Source: Gekko japonicus (taxonomy: Eukaryota). From it: a DNA stretch of 64,000 nucleotides. The stretch lies in the NCBI RefSeq assembly GCF_001447785.1, contig NW_015168052.1, positions 249,736-313,735 of the forward strand, read 5' to 3'. The notes under the pieces are model-generated. The model was not told where the DNA came from, did not search any database, and worked only from the letters and a program-made list of their open reading frames with translations. Within the stretch, counting starts at the first letter, position 1. Each line of letters starts with the position of its first letter. The position numbers and the translations under genes are program-made. Below are positions 38,121 through 51,345 of this stretch, piece by piece.

Positions 38121-38583
38121 GGCTGCGGTCACACACACTAAATAATCCACTTTCAATCCAGGGGGCTCCCTCCCTCCCTCCTAACGCTGCGTCGGGGACT
38201 CCTGGGGTGGGCAGAACCACGAGCTCTGCGCTGGATGTGCACTTGAATGTTTAAATATAGAATTTATTCAGCATGGGATTGCTTATGCGCTCAAAGGTGA
38301 AAGCTGAAGAAAAAAATTCATCGCGCAAAGAACGGTCAGGCGACCCTAATCACAATCATTGCGTGAGATGGGTGTCCATATCGGCGAAATTGCAGATTCA
38401 AAGCGCTAGTACCTGGAAAGTACTTGATTTCCCCGGTGCAGGAAAATGTGGTAGAGAACCAGGAGGATTGCGCGAGTGAGCCCGCTTCGGCGTGGGAGGT
38501 GGATTGGCCCGTTTGATCAGCAAATTTAAATGCGAGAGGGAACAGCAGTGAAACCCGATCAAAACAACCGTGTGACCGCAGCC
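38121..38583. mobile_element. Harbinger-like MITE
   Basis: Perfect TIR GGCTGCGGTCACAC / GTGTGACCGCAGCC; CpG-rich; TSD unclear. Confidence 0.75.
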
Positions 38584-39469
38584 TATCATGGTTTTTGTGT
38601 CTATCTCCCCCACACTCCTCCAAGTTGCAATGCTTAGACACCAAGACAACAAACCTGCACAATTTCTCCTCCCATCTCCTCCTTTTCCCTCTAACTTGAT
38701 ACTTATTTCAGCCCAGATTAAATCAGGGAAACAGGCATATCATTGATTCAACAACAACAAAAACACAGGTTAACAATTTAAGCCCCAAATGCTTATACAT
38801 TTTCACACTGAGGGCTAGAAAGCTGATCCCTCTTCAAAAGACGATAGCTGAACATCACTGCAGTTTGCAGAAATAATTGCCTCTTATATTGATGGCAGGA
38901 TCTTTTGGCTGTCCCATAATGACTTCCAAAGAGACCCCTAAAGCCACTGAGCAACCAATTCCTTCCACTCTGCTTTTGCAACCACGGGCTACCTTTTGCA
39001 ACCATGGGTAACTCCTTCCCCCACCATTTCTAAACGTCCTTCCTCCCTTCCCTTTGAAGCAGACACTTAAAAAATTGAATTTTATACTGAGAAAACCAAT
39101 GGGAACTTACCCATATTATTATAATTGATGCAATTAATTACATTTGCGTTTTTAAAAAAGAGAATCTTAATATGCTAGGAATCCTTGCCAAAAGAGCTAA
39201 TTTTAATCTTTTTATTATCTCGAAGACAATGCAGCAAAAGAGCTTTCTAAAAAAATCAGCAGGAGGCGGGGAGGAAGAATGGAATAGTTATTCAGGTGTG
39301 CCATGGTTCCATACAGGGTTCTAAGCCCACTAAGAAGGGGGTTACTCTGCTTAGGACTGCATTGACAACAGCCAGGCAGGGGCTCTTCCACAGCTTCTGT
39401 CAGACAATCCAGCAGCCTGCTAATCCTTGACCCCTGTGCATGGCCCAGCATAGGACAGCCTGAACATCG

Positions 39470-39621
39470 ATATGCAGGCTGCTAGACAGACCTATGCAAA
39501 ATACCTAAGGACCTCAATCCTGTGTCCAAAGCAGTGTGTGCAGGGATATGTAGGCTGCTAGACAGACCTATGCAAAATACCTAAGGACCTCAATCCTGTG
39601 TCCAAAGCAGTGTGTGCAGGG
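39470..39621. repeat. 76-bp tandem duplication
   Basis: Two units differing at one base. Confidence 0.92.
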
Positions 39622-40701
39622 AAGGGTTCTGACGGGTGCCTCTGAAAAGCTCCCTGACAGAAAAAGAAACCCATACTACTAAAAACTCGATTGTCTGCTC
39701 TTAGTAGGGTTACCACCAGACGTGTCCCTGAAGCTCACAGCCATCTATGTAACACAACTCCAATTAACAAGACAAAAAAAGGATATTAGACATGGAAGCA
39801 AATTGACTGGCCTCAACCTGTTTTACAATGTTTCATTTGGCTGTTTTCCATGGACATTTATCTTTATAAATAGCTAGAGTACAGACAAAATACACAACTG
39901 GGCACGTTTTAAACATCACAGAAATCAAACTAAAGCAGTTGTTGATTAACCCTGAAACATTGTTGCTTACTTTGGGTGAATCGCTGTGAAACGTTAGTGC
40001 ACTGAAGCACACACACAACGCATCTGAAAATCTGGAATGACTCTTAGAGCAGAGAAGGTCCATTTCTGTATTCTTGGGGCAGCTCTGTTCTCCAGAGGAG
40101 GGGGAATTAAACACACACACAAATAGGTGGCTCAGTAACGAAGTTGGAGCTATGTATTAAAGCTATGGAACAAACGTGCTAAGATGAAAAGGGGTCACTG
40201 AATGGAGGGACCAAGGAAAGAACATCCCTTCTCCCTTTAGAGAAAGATGGAAAATGACCCTTGGTCTCTCCAAAAAGCACACTGAGTTAACAATGCAATG
40301 AATGTACAGAATAAATCCATAATTAGAAAGGGAGAATGTTCTATCTCTCTTTAACCACACTGTGATTAAAATCTGGCAGGGCTACCAAGAGCCATATGCC
40401 TTTCCTTTGGGGACCAGCTGCAACCCATCGGCAACCAGTTGGCCACCCTTTTCTTAGAGCATTCTGACATTAATGCATTCCAGCACCATGAGCAATGAGC
40501 ATTAAAGTTCACAACACAACATCTTGACAATGAAACCCACGGCCAGTTTGGAAGACTTTCCAGATGACTTTTGGGGTCAAATGGAGCATGGTCAGCAGCA
40601 ATATCATCTCATCTTGTTCCTGCTCTTCTTCATAGCCCTGAGAAGCCTAATCTCTCTAGGCCCATTTATCATTTCCCTTCACATCCCCGTAGGAATATAA
40701 C

Positions 40702-40915
40702 TGGTGGTGGTAAGAGCCATCCAGCCAAAGCTGATTTTCCGTGACCCTGTAGGGTTTTCAAGGCAAGAGAAAAACACAGGTAGCTTGCTATTGCCTGTCT
40801 CTGCATAGCAACTCTGGGTTTCGTTGGTGGTCTCCCATCCAAGTCCTAACCAGGGCCAAACGGCTTCTCTTCTAAGATCTGATGAGACTGGGTGAGCCAG
40901 GATTGTCCACATCAG
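40702..40915 (-). mobile_element. 5S-headed SINE with RTE-like tail
   Basis: GGTGGTCTCCCATCCAAGTCCTAACCAGG...AGATCTGATGAGA is antisense 5S-like. Confidence 0.7.
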
Positions 40916-41124
40916 GGCAAGATATCACTACACATTATATTTTCCTTGTGCCTGGTCCATGTCTCTTCCAGGCTCTGATGGTCAGATGTGTGCTGTGAGT
41001 TGCATGTTTTTTGTCAAGTCCCAGACAAGAAAGAACTGAGTTTGTTTTGGGACTGCTGCACATGGGGAGAGGAGGCTTAGACCTTCCCCCTGAACAATTT
41101 TCTCAGTCTGAAACTGAGCAGAAA

Positions 41125-42335
41125 CACCAGGACTAGATGGATTACCAATGGAAATATATCAAACTTTTGAGACGCAAATATCGTTACCCTTTACAAAACT
41201 GTTGCAAAGTATAACAAAAACGGAAAAACTTCCAGACTCATGGAACCATGCACTGATCACCTTAATACATAAGTCGATCTCAGATGAAAAAAAATATCAA
41301 AAATTATAGACCCATATCCTTACTAAATACGGACTATAAAATATTTGCAACCATAACAGCTACAAGACTGTAAAAAATATTAGTACAATTATTCACCAAG
41401 ACCAGGCAGGATTTTTACCAAAAAGACAAATTACAATAATATGCGGATAATTCTTAATGTATTAGAATATTATGAGTTACACCCAGAAAAACAAATGGCT
41501 CTAATGTTTCTTGATGCTGAAAAAGCCTTTGACAATGTAAATTGGGAATTCTTACTACAAAAATTAGCAGCCTGGGACTGTGGCCCACAATTCTATGCAA
41601 ATATTAAAGCAATATATACTGAACAGTGGGCAAAAGTTATAGTTAACAGAGATATGACCCAAAACATTAAAATACAAAAAGGTACAAGACAAGAATGTCC
41701 ATTATCTCCATTGCTATTCATATTTACACTAGAAACATTAAATGATTTAGTCAAGGCAATACAAAGATAAAAGGACTAAAGGTAAAAGAAGAAGAAATTA
41801 AATTATAAGCCTTTGAGGATGATTTGGTCTTTATATTAGAAGACCCAATTACCTCTATACCTTGTCTTATAGAGACAATGCAAGAATATAGACAAGTGGC
41901 AGGGTTAAAAATTAATTATAAAAAAACAAATATACTAACAAAAATTGTACACAGGAACAAAAGGATCAAATACAAAGAAACTCTATGATGGAAATAGTTT
42001 AAAAAGTGAAATATTTAGGTATAATAATATCTAATAGAAATAATACATTGATAGAATTAAATTATGCAAAGTTACTGAATGACATCAAAAAAGATTTGCA
42101 AAAATGGAAAGAATTAAATCTATCATTTATGGGGAAAATAGCAACGTTAAAAATGAATATTCTTCCCAGATTCCTCTTCCTAGCACAAAATATACCAACT
42201 CTAAGAAATACAAACATCTTCAAAGACTTAGACAAAATATGCAAGCAATTTGTATGGCAAAATAGCACGGCACGAATAAAATGAAAAATACTTCAAGACA
42301 AAAAAGAAAGAGGAGGATTTGGAATACCAAATTGG
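41125..42335 (+). mobile_element. L1 LINE ORF2 reverse transcriptase fragment
   Basis: PGLDG, NYRPISLLNTDYKI, LDAEKAFD, GTRQECPLSPLLF, AFEDD, KYLGI, ERGGFG motifs; A-rich sense strand; stops and frameshifts. Confidence 0.93.
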
Positions 42336-43931
42336 AAAAACAGGTTGCTTACCTGTAACTGAGAATCTTCGAGTGGTCATCTGTGCATTCACACCTCTGG
42401 GATATAGTGCGCCTGCGCTGACCGCGATCGGTTCGTCTTGAAAGCGAAAGGGATTTTCATGCCCACCCCCTCATCACGCGCCAGCCCCACTGCACATAAC
42501 TAAGGGAGGGGCACTACAATCCCGCCAGTTCCTTCTGACCGCTGCCATCAGTCTCAGAGTAAAACCAGAGGAGAGGACCAAAAGCAGAGGGGAAGGAGGG
42601 CGGATGGTGTGAATGCCCAGATGACCACTCGAAGATCCTCAGTTACAGGTAAGCAACCTGTTTATCTTCTTCGTGGTCTCTGTGCATCACACCTCTGGGA
42701 GATTAGCAAGCAGTAAAAAGGCCCACTGGACTAGGGAGCTGAAGGTCCTAGACTTGCGCCGCCTGCAACCCTACCAATTCCACCACAGAGCATCAATGAA
42801 GGTCCACCAAGAGCGTAAAGCTTCACGAGCATGTGGGGGGTGACCCATGCTGCTGCTTGACAGATGTCAGTGAGCAGCGGATCTCTCAGGGAGGCTGTAA
42901 CAAGCCCACTGCCCGATGGTAAGTGATCGGACCAGGCCCGGGTGTAGCCATTTGGCCAGAAAGTAACACAGTAGATGGTTCCACAAGTCACCTTGATAGA
43001 CGTTGCAAAGAATCCTCTTCCTCACACAATGTGCTATAAAAGACGAACAAGGCCGGTGACTGATGGAACGACCTTGTTCCATGGGAGTAGAAGAGTGTAG
43101 CTCTCTAAGCATCCAGAGCATGAAGCTGGTATTCATTGTCACTCGTAGGGAACGGGAAAACATCAGAAGAGCAATGCAAGCTCGCAAGTAGAGTTCGGAA
43201 CAACCTTGGGTGGGAAAGAGACATCCGAGGCCAAGGTGATACCATCAAGTAGAAAAACAAATATGGAGAGTTGCAACGGAGTGCAAACAATACTCTCACT
43301 CGTCATGCTGAAGTAATGGCTACAAGGAAAAACAGTCTTCCACGAGAGAAGCTGCAGACTAGACTCAGCCACGGATTCAAACAGTTGTGTGTTGGTCTGG
43401 ACAGCACTAGATGTAAGTCCCAGAAGGGAGTCGGCCCACTAGCCAGAGGAAAGAGCTGAGTGAAACCCGTTAGAACTGCCTTGCTTGCGAGTTACAAAAA
43501 ATGGAATAACCGTCCACCACCGGATGATTGGCGTAGGTGGTGGCCAAAAAACAACTAAGACCCAACTCCAGGTGGATCAACACTAATCTGAAGAGTACCC
43601 TGAAGCCCGAAGGGGGTGATGATAAACCCAATGACTCAAGGCAAAATCTTCCATGCTATGAGCTCGAGGTGTGGTACGGTGTGAAGCACTCTGCTCTCCT
43701 GAGGCGGGAGGAGATCTGGTGCCCGGGGGGAAAGATATGTATGTGGCCCGGGATATGCGGAGTAGAGTAGGGAACCAGTGCTGACATGGTCACCATGGTG
43801 CCACGAGGATGTGTAGAGGTTGCTCCTTCATGATCTTGCTGAGCACTCTGGTAAGTAGAAGGATCAGTGGGAGCAGATAAACATGCCAATGAAACCATGG
43901 GGACAGAAGGTTGTTCCCCAGAGACATTGGG

Positions 43932-44669
43932 TCATGTCCTGCCCTGGAACAGACAGACGACACACGGCATTCTGACGCGTAGCGAACGTATCGATTCCTG
44001 GCTGATTTGCACACACTTCTTGTCCTTGTCTTCAATCAAGTAGTGTTCCAGGCCTGCGCTGAAAAGATTGACTCCCTTGAACGGTACTGCTGCTACCTTG
44101 GCCCGTGCCACTGGATCTGCATCCCAGTGTCTCAGCCACGTATTTCTCCTAGCAGTCACTCTGCATGCCATAGCCCTCGCTGTGAGTTGCATGGTGTCCA
44201 ACGAGGTGTCTGCTGCAAATGCTGTGGTCAGAACTATCTTTTTAAGCTCATCTTTCAGAGTCTTTGGGATGTCACTGTCTGCTGTGGTTAACTCTGAGGC
44301 CAATGTGTAGGCCGCTCTCGCAAACAGCGATCCTGTAGCAGATGCTCTAAGGGAGGTGGCAGATGCCTCAAAATCCCTGCATAATGCCTTTTCTACTCTC
44401 TTGTCACAGTTATCTTTTGGGCGTCCATCAGCATCCATGGGAAGCAGAGATGTAGATGCTAATGAATTAATTGGGTCATCCACCATTGGAAGCTTAATCT
44501 TCTTTGTGGCTTCTGGAATAAGAGAGTAGAGTTTGTTAAACATTAGATTACCAGACTTTGGGTTGGCCGGGTGTTCCCATTCTGCCATAATGATGTTGTA
44601 AAATGCTGCAGAAAGCGGCACTCCTGCTGCTTTAGTAGCAGTCTTGGGAATGGCTTTGGTGGAACTCAC
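43932..44669 (-). CDS. DIRS ORF1/gag remnant (LAP2alpha-like domain), 245 aa open segment
   Basis: EWEHP...KLYSL...LPMVD...PKDNCDKRVE...ARRNTWLRHW...PFKGVNLF. Confidence 0.8.
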   Translation of the reverse strand: MSSTKAIPKTATKAAGVPLSAAFYNIIMAEWEHPANPKSGNLMFNKLYSLIPEATKKIKLPMVDDPINSLASTSLLPMDADGRPKDNCDKRVEKALCRDFEASATSLRASATGSLFARAAYTLASELTTADSDIPKTLKDELKKIVLTTAFAADTSLDTMQLTARAMACRVTARRNTWLRHWDADPVARAKVAAVPFKGVNLFSAGLEHYLIEDKDKKCVQISQESIRSLRVRMPCVVCLFQGRT

Positions 44670-44766
44670 AGGGAAACCAGGGTCCTCTTTGTCTTCCTAT
44701 TCTTTAGGGATGTAGGTAAGCTCTAATGTCCTGATTACTTTAGACAACAACCTGTTATAGAGTTCC

Positions 44767-45154
44767 TGTCAGGCTCCTGGTTCAATCAACTCGTTGTCTC
44801 ATAGTCTTTTATAGAAAAGCTTTATTAAAACTAAGAGTAGTGATACACAGAGAGATTCTTTGTTCAGACTGATTAAAACATCTAAGATTACAACTTGTAT
44901 AGGTAACACAACAGGATAAACTCCCATGATCCTCTTCATACATTGCCTTGTACTTCCTTTTGAAGTGCAGAGGAAAGATCCTTCCCTTCCCCCATTCCCA
45001 TGAGAAAGTTAACACCAGCCAACCGCTCTATACACACACATTCCCCCCCCCCTTTTCATCTCTCCTTCCCTGGGTTTATCGCAGATCGGGCTGAAGGATC
45101 AAACAGGCATCTGGCAGAGTACTTTACATAGCAGGACGGTGCCTGACTCTGACA
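44767..45154 (-). mobile_element. Solo LTR of a sushi-like Gypsy inserted in DIRS gag
   Basis: TGTCA...TGACA termini; perfect 5-bp TSD GTTCC; 3' end ACCAGGAGCCTGACA matches LTR end at 58931-58945. Confidence 0.92.
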
Positions 45155-46469
45155 GTTCCTGTGGGAACAGTCTAGAATGAATGGCAGGCATCACCTCCTC
45201 TGATAACTCGCCTTCTTCCCTGTCTGGTGCTGATAACTCAGAATCTGCATCATCCTCAAGATCACTAATTATGGGTGTGAACCCCTTGGTGTGTGAAGAA
45301 GGTCTGCATTTCTTGCTAGGAGGGGGGATGTCCTCTGGACTGGGGCTCCTGTCTCTTTTAGAATCCAGACCAGTAGCCTGTACAGAAGCTGACTGCTGCC
45401 ATAGACCTGTGAATTCTTTTCTCACTTCCTCTCTGAGCCAGGAAAGAAGTTTTGACTGGGCTTCCTTTGTAGAGTGCTCAGAGTTTTGGGAGGCTATATC
45501 AGTGGTCTGTGAGAGGTCCAAGTTCTCTGAGCCCTGGGAGCTAGATGCTCCCGCCTTTTCAGCCATTTTGGGGCAAAACCTGAAAAGTAAGCACTATCAC
45601 TATGCTAACAACCCCCAAAATGGCGTCTTAGCTCCCTCCCCCACCAGCAGGACCCAGCAAGGAAAGAAATAGGCTGTTTATTGGTGCTCCCAACAGAGAC
45701 TGTATAATGTCTCTGGTAGGGGCCAGGCACAGTACCCCAAAAAGGTGCACTTTAACCAAACCTCCCAGTCCAATCCAGAGGAAAGGAAGAAGGGGAGGGG
45801 GGGCTATGTTGTCTCAAACCGACTCCCTCTCATCCACCCCACGCCCTGTAAGTTTTTAATGGATACAGTCCTACCATGGTTCAGTCGACTGGGCAGACTG
45901 CTCAGGAGCCCCGTTCCTCCTCGCCTCTTCCTGAAAGCAAGAGGGGCTCCATTCTAGCACCGAAAGAGACGGCAACAGAGTTCCCACACCACCCTTGGTT
46001 GCCCCACGAGACCACTACTCTCCCCACGCTCTCCACTGAGCACCTCGTCCCCAAGCTACTTCACGCTGCCACGGCTGAAATGGGGGGGAAGCGGTCTACC
46101 GCCGTGCTTCCCAGTGGGATCCGGGGCATTTCTCTCGGCGCCACAACCACCTGAGGGCTTCCCATGGCTGCCAGCACCGAATCCATATTTCCTCGAGGCC
46201 AGTGGCTCTCGAGTAGGTGTGGGGCGAGAAGGTAAATACCTTCCCCCATAGCCATCTGTAGACTTCCGCTTTCAATATCTTCTGGGATCTTCATGCTCTT
46301 CAGAGCACAGCCAGCACGTCCTGCTCAGAAGGCAGGGCCGGTAAGACTGGGGATCAGAGGATAAGCCCCTCCTTTCTAGAATCAAAGTTTTCCGGCCCTG
46401 CCTACGGAAGAGGAGGTGCTTTCCCAGGAGCAAGGAGTCAAGGACTGCCCCACTCCTGGACCACCGGAG

Positions 46470-47464
46470 AATGTGACATTTGTTGTAGGAATTCTAACAG
46501 AGAAGATTGTAGTGTAAGAAATGAAGTGAGACATACATTTTTTCTCTCTCTACTGAAGGACCTCTCTCTAGACCATACTGGTGGTTCTGCCCTCAGGCAC
46601 TAGGACCACCAGGCTGCTTGATGAGCTCACTCTGGAGCAGGCCACATAGAACTGTCCATTTAAGAAGCAGTCATCTGTTAAGTCAACTCCTGCTACCTTC
46701 CACAAAAGTGATGGCCTCTCTACTTGTATTCCTGGATTGTTTTGCTCATATGGATACTGTGTTGTTCTGAGCACCTCAGGGTGATTTTGCTGGTACTTGG
46801 CCTGTGCAGCTCAGTGCACTGCAAGAGTACTATGTGCAAATGTCTTTGCCACATTCCTAAGTTGCCTCCTCCTTGTGGCTTTAAGCACCCTGCAACAGAC
46901 AACTGCCTGTTAGGTGTAGAAGGTGGGGGGAGTGTGTTGGAACCCATCCCACCTCCTCTCCTACACTTGACAGGCAGCTGCCTGTCCAGTGTAAGGGGGG
47001 GTGAGTATTAGAAGCCACTGTGGAGGTGGGGTGCACCTGACAGAAAACCGCCTGTGAGGTATAGGAGGTGGGAGGAGTGTGTTGGAAGCCATCAGAGTGG
47101 CTGGGCCAGCAGCTTTGCTTCATCTCACAGCTGGTTCTTGGCCACTTCCTCCCCTGTCATTAGCTCTCTGCAGTCCCCTGTAACTGTTGGGGTTTTTTTT
47201 ACCTCAGAACACTGAGTTCTGCAGCTGACCAATCAGAGAGTGGGGGGTGCAGACAGGGAGCTGCCTGGCAGCCACATAAGAATCAATGGGGGAGCATATT
47301 TTCCCCCTTTTGACCCACTTAGGGGTCGAATGTCTAAAAATCCCTTCTTAGCAAGCACCTATGCCATGATAGGAGCGCTCTCCCCAAATTTGGTGTCTCT
47401 AGGTCCAGCGGTTTGGCCTGGGCATTGATTTTACAATGAGGGGAATTTCTTTTGTATATATAGA
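46470..47464 (-). mobile_element. Non-autonomous Helitron with Pif1-helicase C-terminal remnant
   Basis: 5' TCTATATATAC at 47464; KVAGVDLTDDCFLNGQFYVACSRV...GRTTSMV*REVL at 46700-46555; 3' hairpin/CTRR not found. Confidence 0.75.
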
Positions 47465-48913
47465 AGTAACAAAGACCTAATCCTGATTGTGCTGTTTTGG
47501 CACTTGAAAAGGCATGTTTGGATGCGCCCTGACAAGATTGCCAGGCCCACTGCATCACTAGTTTGATCAGGATTTGCAGTAGCCAAATTCTTCTATAAAA
47601 TAATGTTGGTATCCACAGGCCTGAGCCATGGTAGTATTTCGCCCTAAATTTTCCAATGGCAGAACTGGAATATTCCCGCCTCCCATTGCAGCTTGCTGAT
47701 TCCTACAAAATGTTGATCCTGGGTGATAGAGGACCCTGAGGAATGATGTAAGGAGGATCTGCAGCAGAAAGTGAGGAATCAGTGGAAATTGCCAACTTAA
47801 TCTGGATCCAACTTAATATTTCCATGGCATGAGAAACTCAGGACCCCAACCATGCAACTGCAAGGGATAGCAAAGTGAATCACTTGGACCACACAGCATG
47901 GCCAGAGTAATGCTTCAAAATGTCTTGTGGCCTACTCAGATACTTATGAAATTGCCTGATATCTATTGACCATTAGAACCCAGCTGATGAGCAAAATGCA
48001 AGGCCAACAAAGTGGTGCTATACAGACGACAAACAACACTCTCTTTCCTCAGGAACATCCGTCTCACCTTGTTAACCAGCCATCCCCTCATGATGAGATT
48101 TAGGGTCTCTGCTACACAATATGGGCTCTTGGATAATAAGGTGCTCTCCACCAGAATTTATTCTTTTTAAGGAGGTATAACAGTGTCAGGAAAAGTCAAC
48201 AACCGGAATACAGCTGAATAAATTCCTCAAGTCAGTCAGTGCACAGAAGGTGGGAGGGGAGAGAGAGCCCGCTCAAGGATGAAGGTCCTTCCTAATTTAC
48301 TGCAGGCTTGTCAAGTTGAACTTCATAAGGCGGGAGAGAGGAAAAACACAAACCTATTAAAAGTGATGAAATAAGTACAATGGACCCAGTCCAAACACTA
48401 TCTAAAAAAAGTCCCACACTGTGCTGTGGCTGAGAGATGATTAGGATAAGGTGTTCCTTTTGTTTCACCTCTCCTGCCACACAGCTCTTGGCCTCTGATA
48501 CACGTTTAATTAAATGTTTTGTGAGTAGCCTTTTTCATGGTGCCAGATTACTCTGCCTTTGTGCCCAATTCCTGTTCCATTTACGGGGAAAGCATCCAAC
48601 CTTGTTCTGAGGAAAACAAAAAATAATCTCCCCATTTCCCATTTCAGATAAAGGTTTCTCATGGGAAACCATAATTGATTTTTTTTGGGGGGAAGGGGGG
48701 AAACTAAAGAATAACCACTACATATACTTTGACGCATCTGTACAGACAACAAAGTTGAGACTCCTGCCACAGTTCTACAGGTTTGATTTGGATCTCTGTA
48801 TAAAGTACAAAATCTGAGGCTTTACACACACACACACACACACACCACCCCAAAAAAATCTACCTTAGCCCTCGAGTCCACACTTATTTACAAGGGTACA
48901 TAGTACTACATAT

Positions 48914-49595
48914 CAACAACAACAATTTTATTTTACAGTCAATGACCAGCATACACAAAGGTTTGCATAAAATCAAACAAATCTCGCAACTTTAAAAATT
49001 TCACTCAAGCTGCCGTATGCGTTTCCGATCTTTGTACACCTGTGCAAAAAATGTAGCCACTATTTGGGTTGTTTCATGGTTCATATCGAACAGAAGATAA
49101 TCAAGTTTAATTTTGTTTGATCTGCCAGGGAAATTTCCGATCAATGGCTCAATAAATTTTGACCGGATTTCTTTGTGCCTAGGGCAGTTAAAGAAAATGT
49201 GTTCCATTGAATCAATTTCCTTTAAAGAACAAGAACAGAGCCTACGCATAGAGGGGACTGATTTAAACATCCTTTCCAGAACAACGGAAGGTAGAGTTGA
49301 ACTTCTTGCCAATGTAAAGGCCTTTCTGGAATTATTTGATTTAAGAAAATATAAGTATGCAACAGGAGCAGCAACAAATCTTGAATCTGGAGGAGAGATA
49401 GAACCTAGAGTTCTATGAATATCCGTTTGTCTTTCTATATCTGTCACTCTTTGTTTAATAAGTAGTTTAGCTTGGTCTGGCCCATAATTCAAAAGTTCTT
49501 GGGGAGATAAACCTAGTTTTCCTATAGTTTCCAAAAACGCTTTCTGCCAACTAGATTGAAAAGAGTCTTGGAGAGTTAGGGGGAACAACCCTTGT
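48914..49595 (-). mobile_element. RTE-X-like LINE 3' end (open 195-aa C-terminus with CCHC finger)
   Basis: RKAFTLAR...RLCSC...EHIFFNC; 3' CTGGTCATTGACTG, AATAAA, (TTG)n tail. Confidence 0.75.
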
Positions 49596-50734
49596 CAATT
49601 AGTGTTCCCTGACTGCCGTTTGTTGATCGATAGCATACAGATTCTTGCTTCGACCCAAATCGTTTTGGTCTCTAGTCTAACCCAGGAGTTTGGTACACAT
49701 TTGGGTACTTGCAGTATTGCCCTTAAGAATTTAGACTGCACTCACTCAAGTGGAGAGAAGGAAGAGGACAAGACGACATGGGACAGGAGATCTAGAACAA
49801 ACTTTCTCTGGGATCTTGCTGTCAGAGCAGACAACACTGGACAAGATCCCAGGAGTAGGGTCAATAAGGCACAGCACTGCCCTTGCGCCACCATGCTGCC
49901 AGTGCATGTCTCCAAATAATGAATAGCTGCACCCACCATACTGGGGCACCTTGATTCTTGCCACCAGGGATGAAGAAGGTCCTCACAGCAAGTAGAGATC
50001 GATGGATTCTCCAAACCAGACCGGAAGCCAAGGGGTGCATTTAACTTTATTATTTCTGCCTTGATTGTTGCTCCCACACTCTGCATCCAAACCTCCAAGT
50101 CGTATCTCATGACTGGTATCCAAGTCAGGAGGCAAAGGTAAGCCCTATAAGAAGCTGTATGTCCCCCTTTTTTCTTCCAGTGCACCACCAATTCCAGCAG
50201 TCACCCATGACCACGGGCTAGATGAACTAGTGGCCTGACCTCATAACAAGACAGCTTCATGTGTTCAAATGCCAGGCTCCTTTTTTCAATGTGGAGTATG
50301 AACATGGCCCCTGCAGTGACTGCTCAGTGGCCCAGGTAGCAAATCCCTGAGCACCCATCCTTTCCACTAATTTTTTTGTTTGTTCTAAAGTAAGTAAATA
50401 GAGCAGCAGCTACTAGATGGGGGTAAACCCAACTGTCCTGAAGGGGGGCTTCCACACACGCAGGCTCATTTCAGCCTTCGCTTCCAGACTGGAGCATTTT
50501 CCCTTTATCATTTACTTGTTTAGTATATTTTTATGCTGCTTTTCTTCCCCAAGCAGCTTACCAAAAAATATAACTTAAACAAATTTACAAATACAGTATA
50601 AAAAACCAAACAAAAACCCAACTGATATCCACCATTCAATCTGACTGGCCAAAGCTATGGCCTGTAATCTGTGGTCAAAGAACCTTTAGACGGTACTTAA
50701 CACCAGTAAAGCTTTTCAGAAGTAAATTTCAATC

Positions 50735-51345
50735 TAACCCAAATTGCTGGAAGGGGTGTGGAGAGTTGGGAACCTTTTTGCATTGCTGCTGGTCTTGCCC
50801 TAAAGTCCAAAAATACTGAATTTTAATTGCTTCTAAAATTTCAGAAATAGTAGGCAGTGATGTTCCTTTAACTCCTGAATTCATTCTATTAAATTTTTCG
50901 CCTGACCACTCCTTTTTTCCTTTGCGTAGGGATCTCATTCCTCTCCTGCTAGTTGCTGGCAAATCTGTATTAGCTCAAGTATGGAAATCTAGGAAAATAC
51001 CCTCACTTAAACTATGTTTCCAGAAAGTGAGGGATATAGTTATTCAGGATAAAACAGTTACACAAATATTGTTGATGGAGACCCCAGGTTATAAAAATAA
51101 TTTTGTGGAAAAGTGGAATCCTCTTATAGATTATGTAAACAACAATCCCTCTGTGAAATGTAAAATATCTTCAAAATATCTGGAATTTATCTTGCTTTAG
51201 CTCTATTTCTAAAATATGTAATGCAAATCTAGGTTTTAGTCTGTGTATGTATATGTCTATATAATGTAATTACGTTATGTTGTTGTTGATATGTTATGGT
51301 TGAATTTGTTAATAAATGGTTTGTTGTTGTTTTTTTAAAAAAAGA
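50735..51345 (+). mobile_element. L1 ORF2 C-terminus and 3' UTR
   Basis: CWKGC...GTFLHCCWSCPKVQ...AGKSVLAQVWK...KW motif; AATAAA and A-tail. Confidence 0.8.

Larger units (their letters stand above)
42336..46470 (-). mobile_element. DIRS1-type tyrosine-recombinase retrotransposon, RT/RNase H deleted
   Basis: Terminal repeat/ICR inverted pair 42338-42394 and 42607-42663; YR remnants (LHALDA, DICQAAAW); MTase-like RVLSKIMKEQ..ILVAPWW; LAP2alpha-like gag. Confidence 0.9.

Noticed and set aside
40820-40915. 5S rRNA gene
   Set aside because: Diverged, partial and fused to a retroposon tail
43932-44669. Host LAP2alpha/TMPO exon
   Set aside because: Embedded in DIRS structure, with the upstream frame broken by a stop and an LTR insertion
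49742-50191. 149-aa ORF
   Set aside because: No motif or splice support; cannot be assigned
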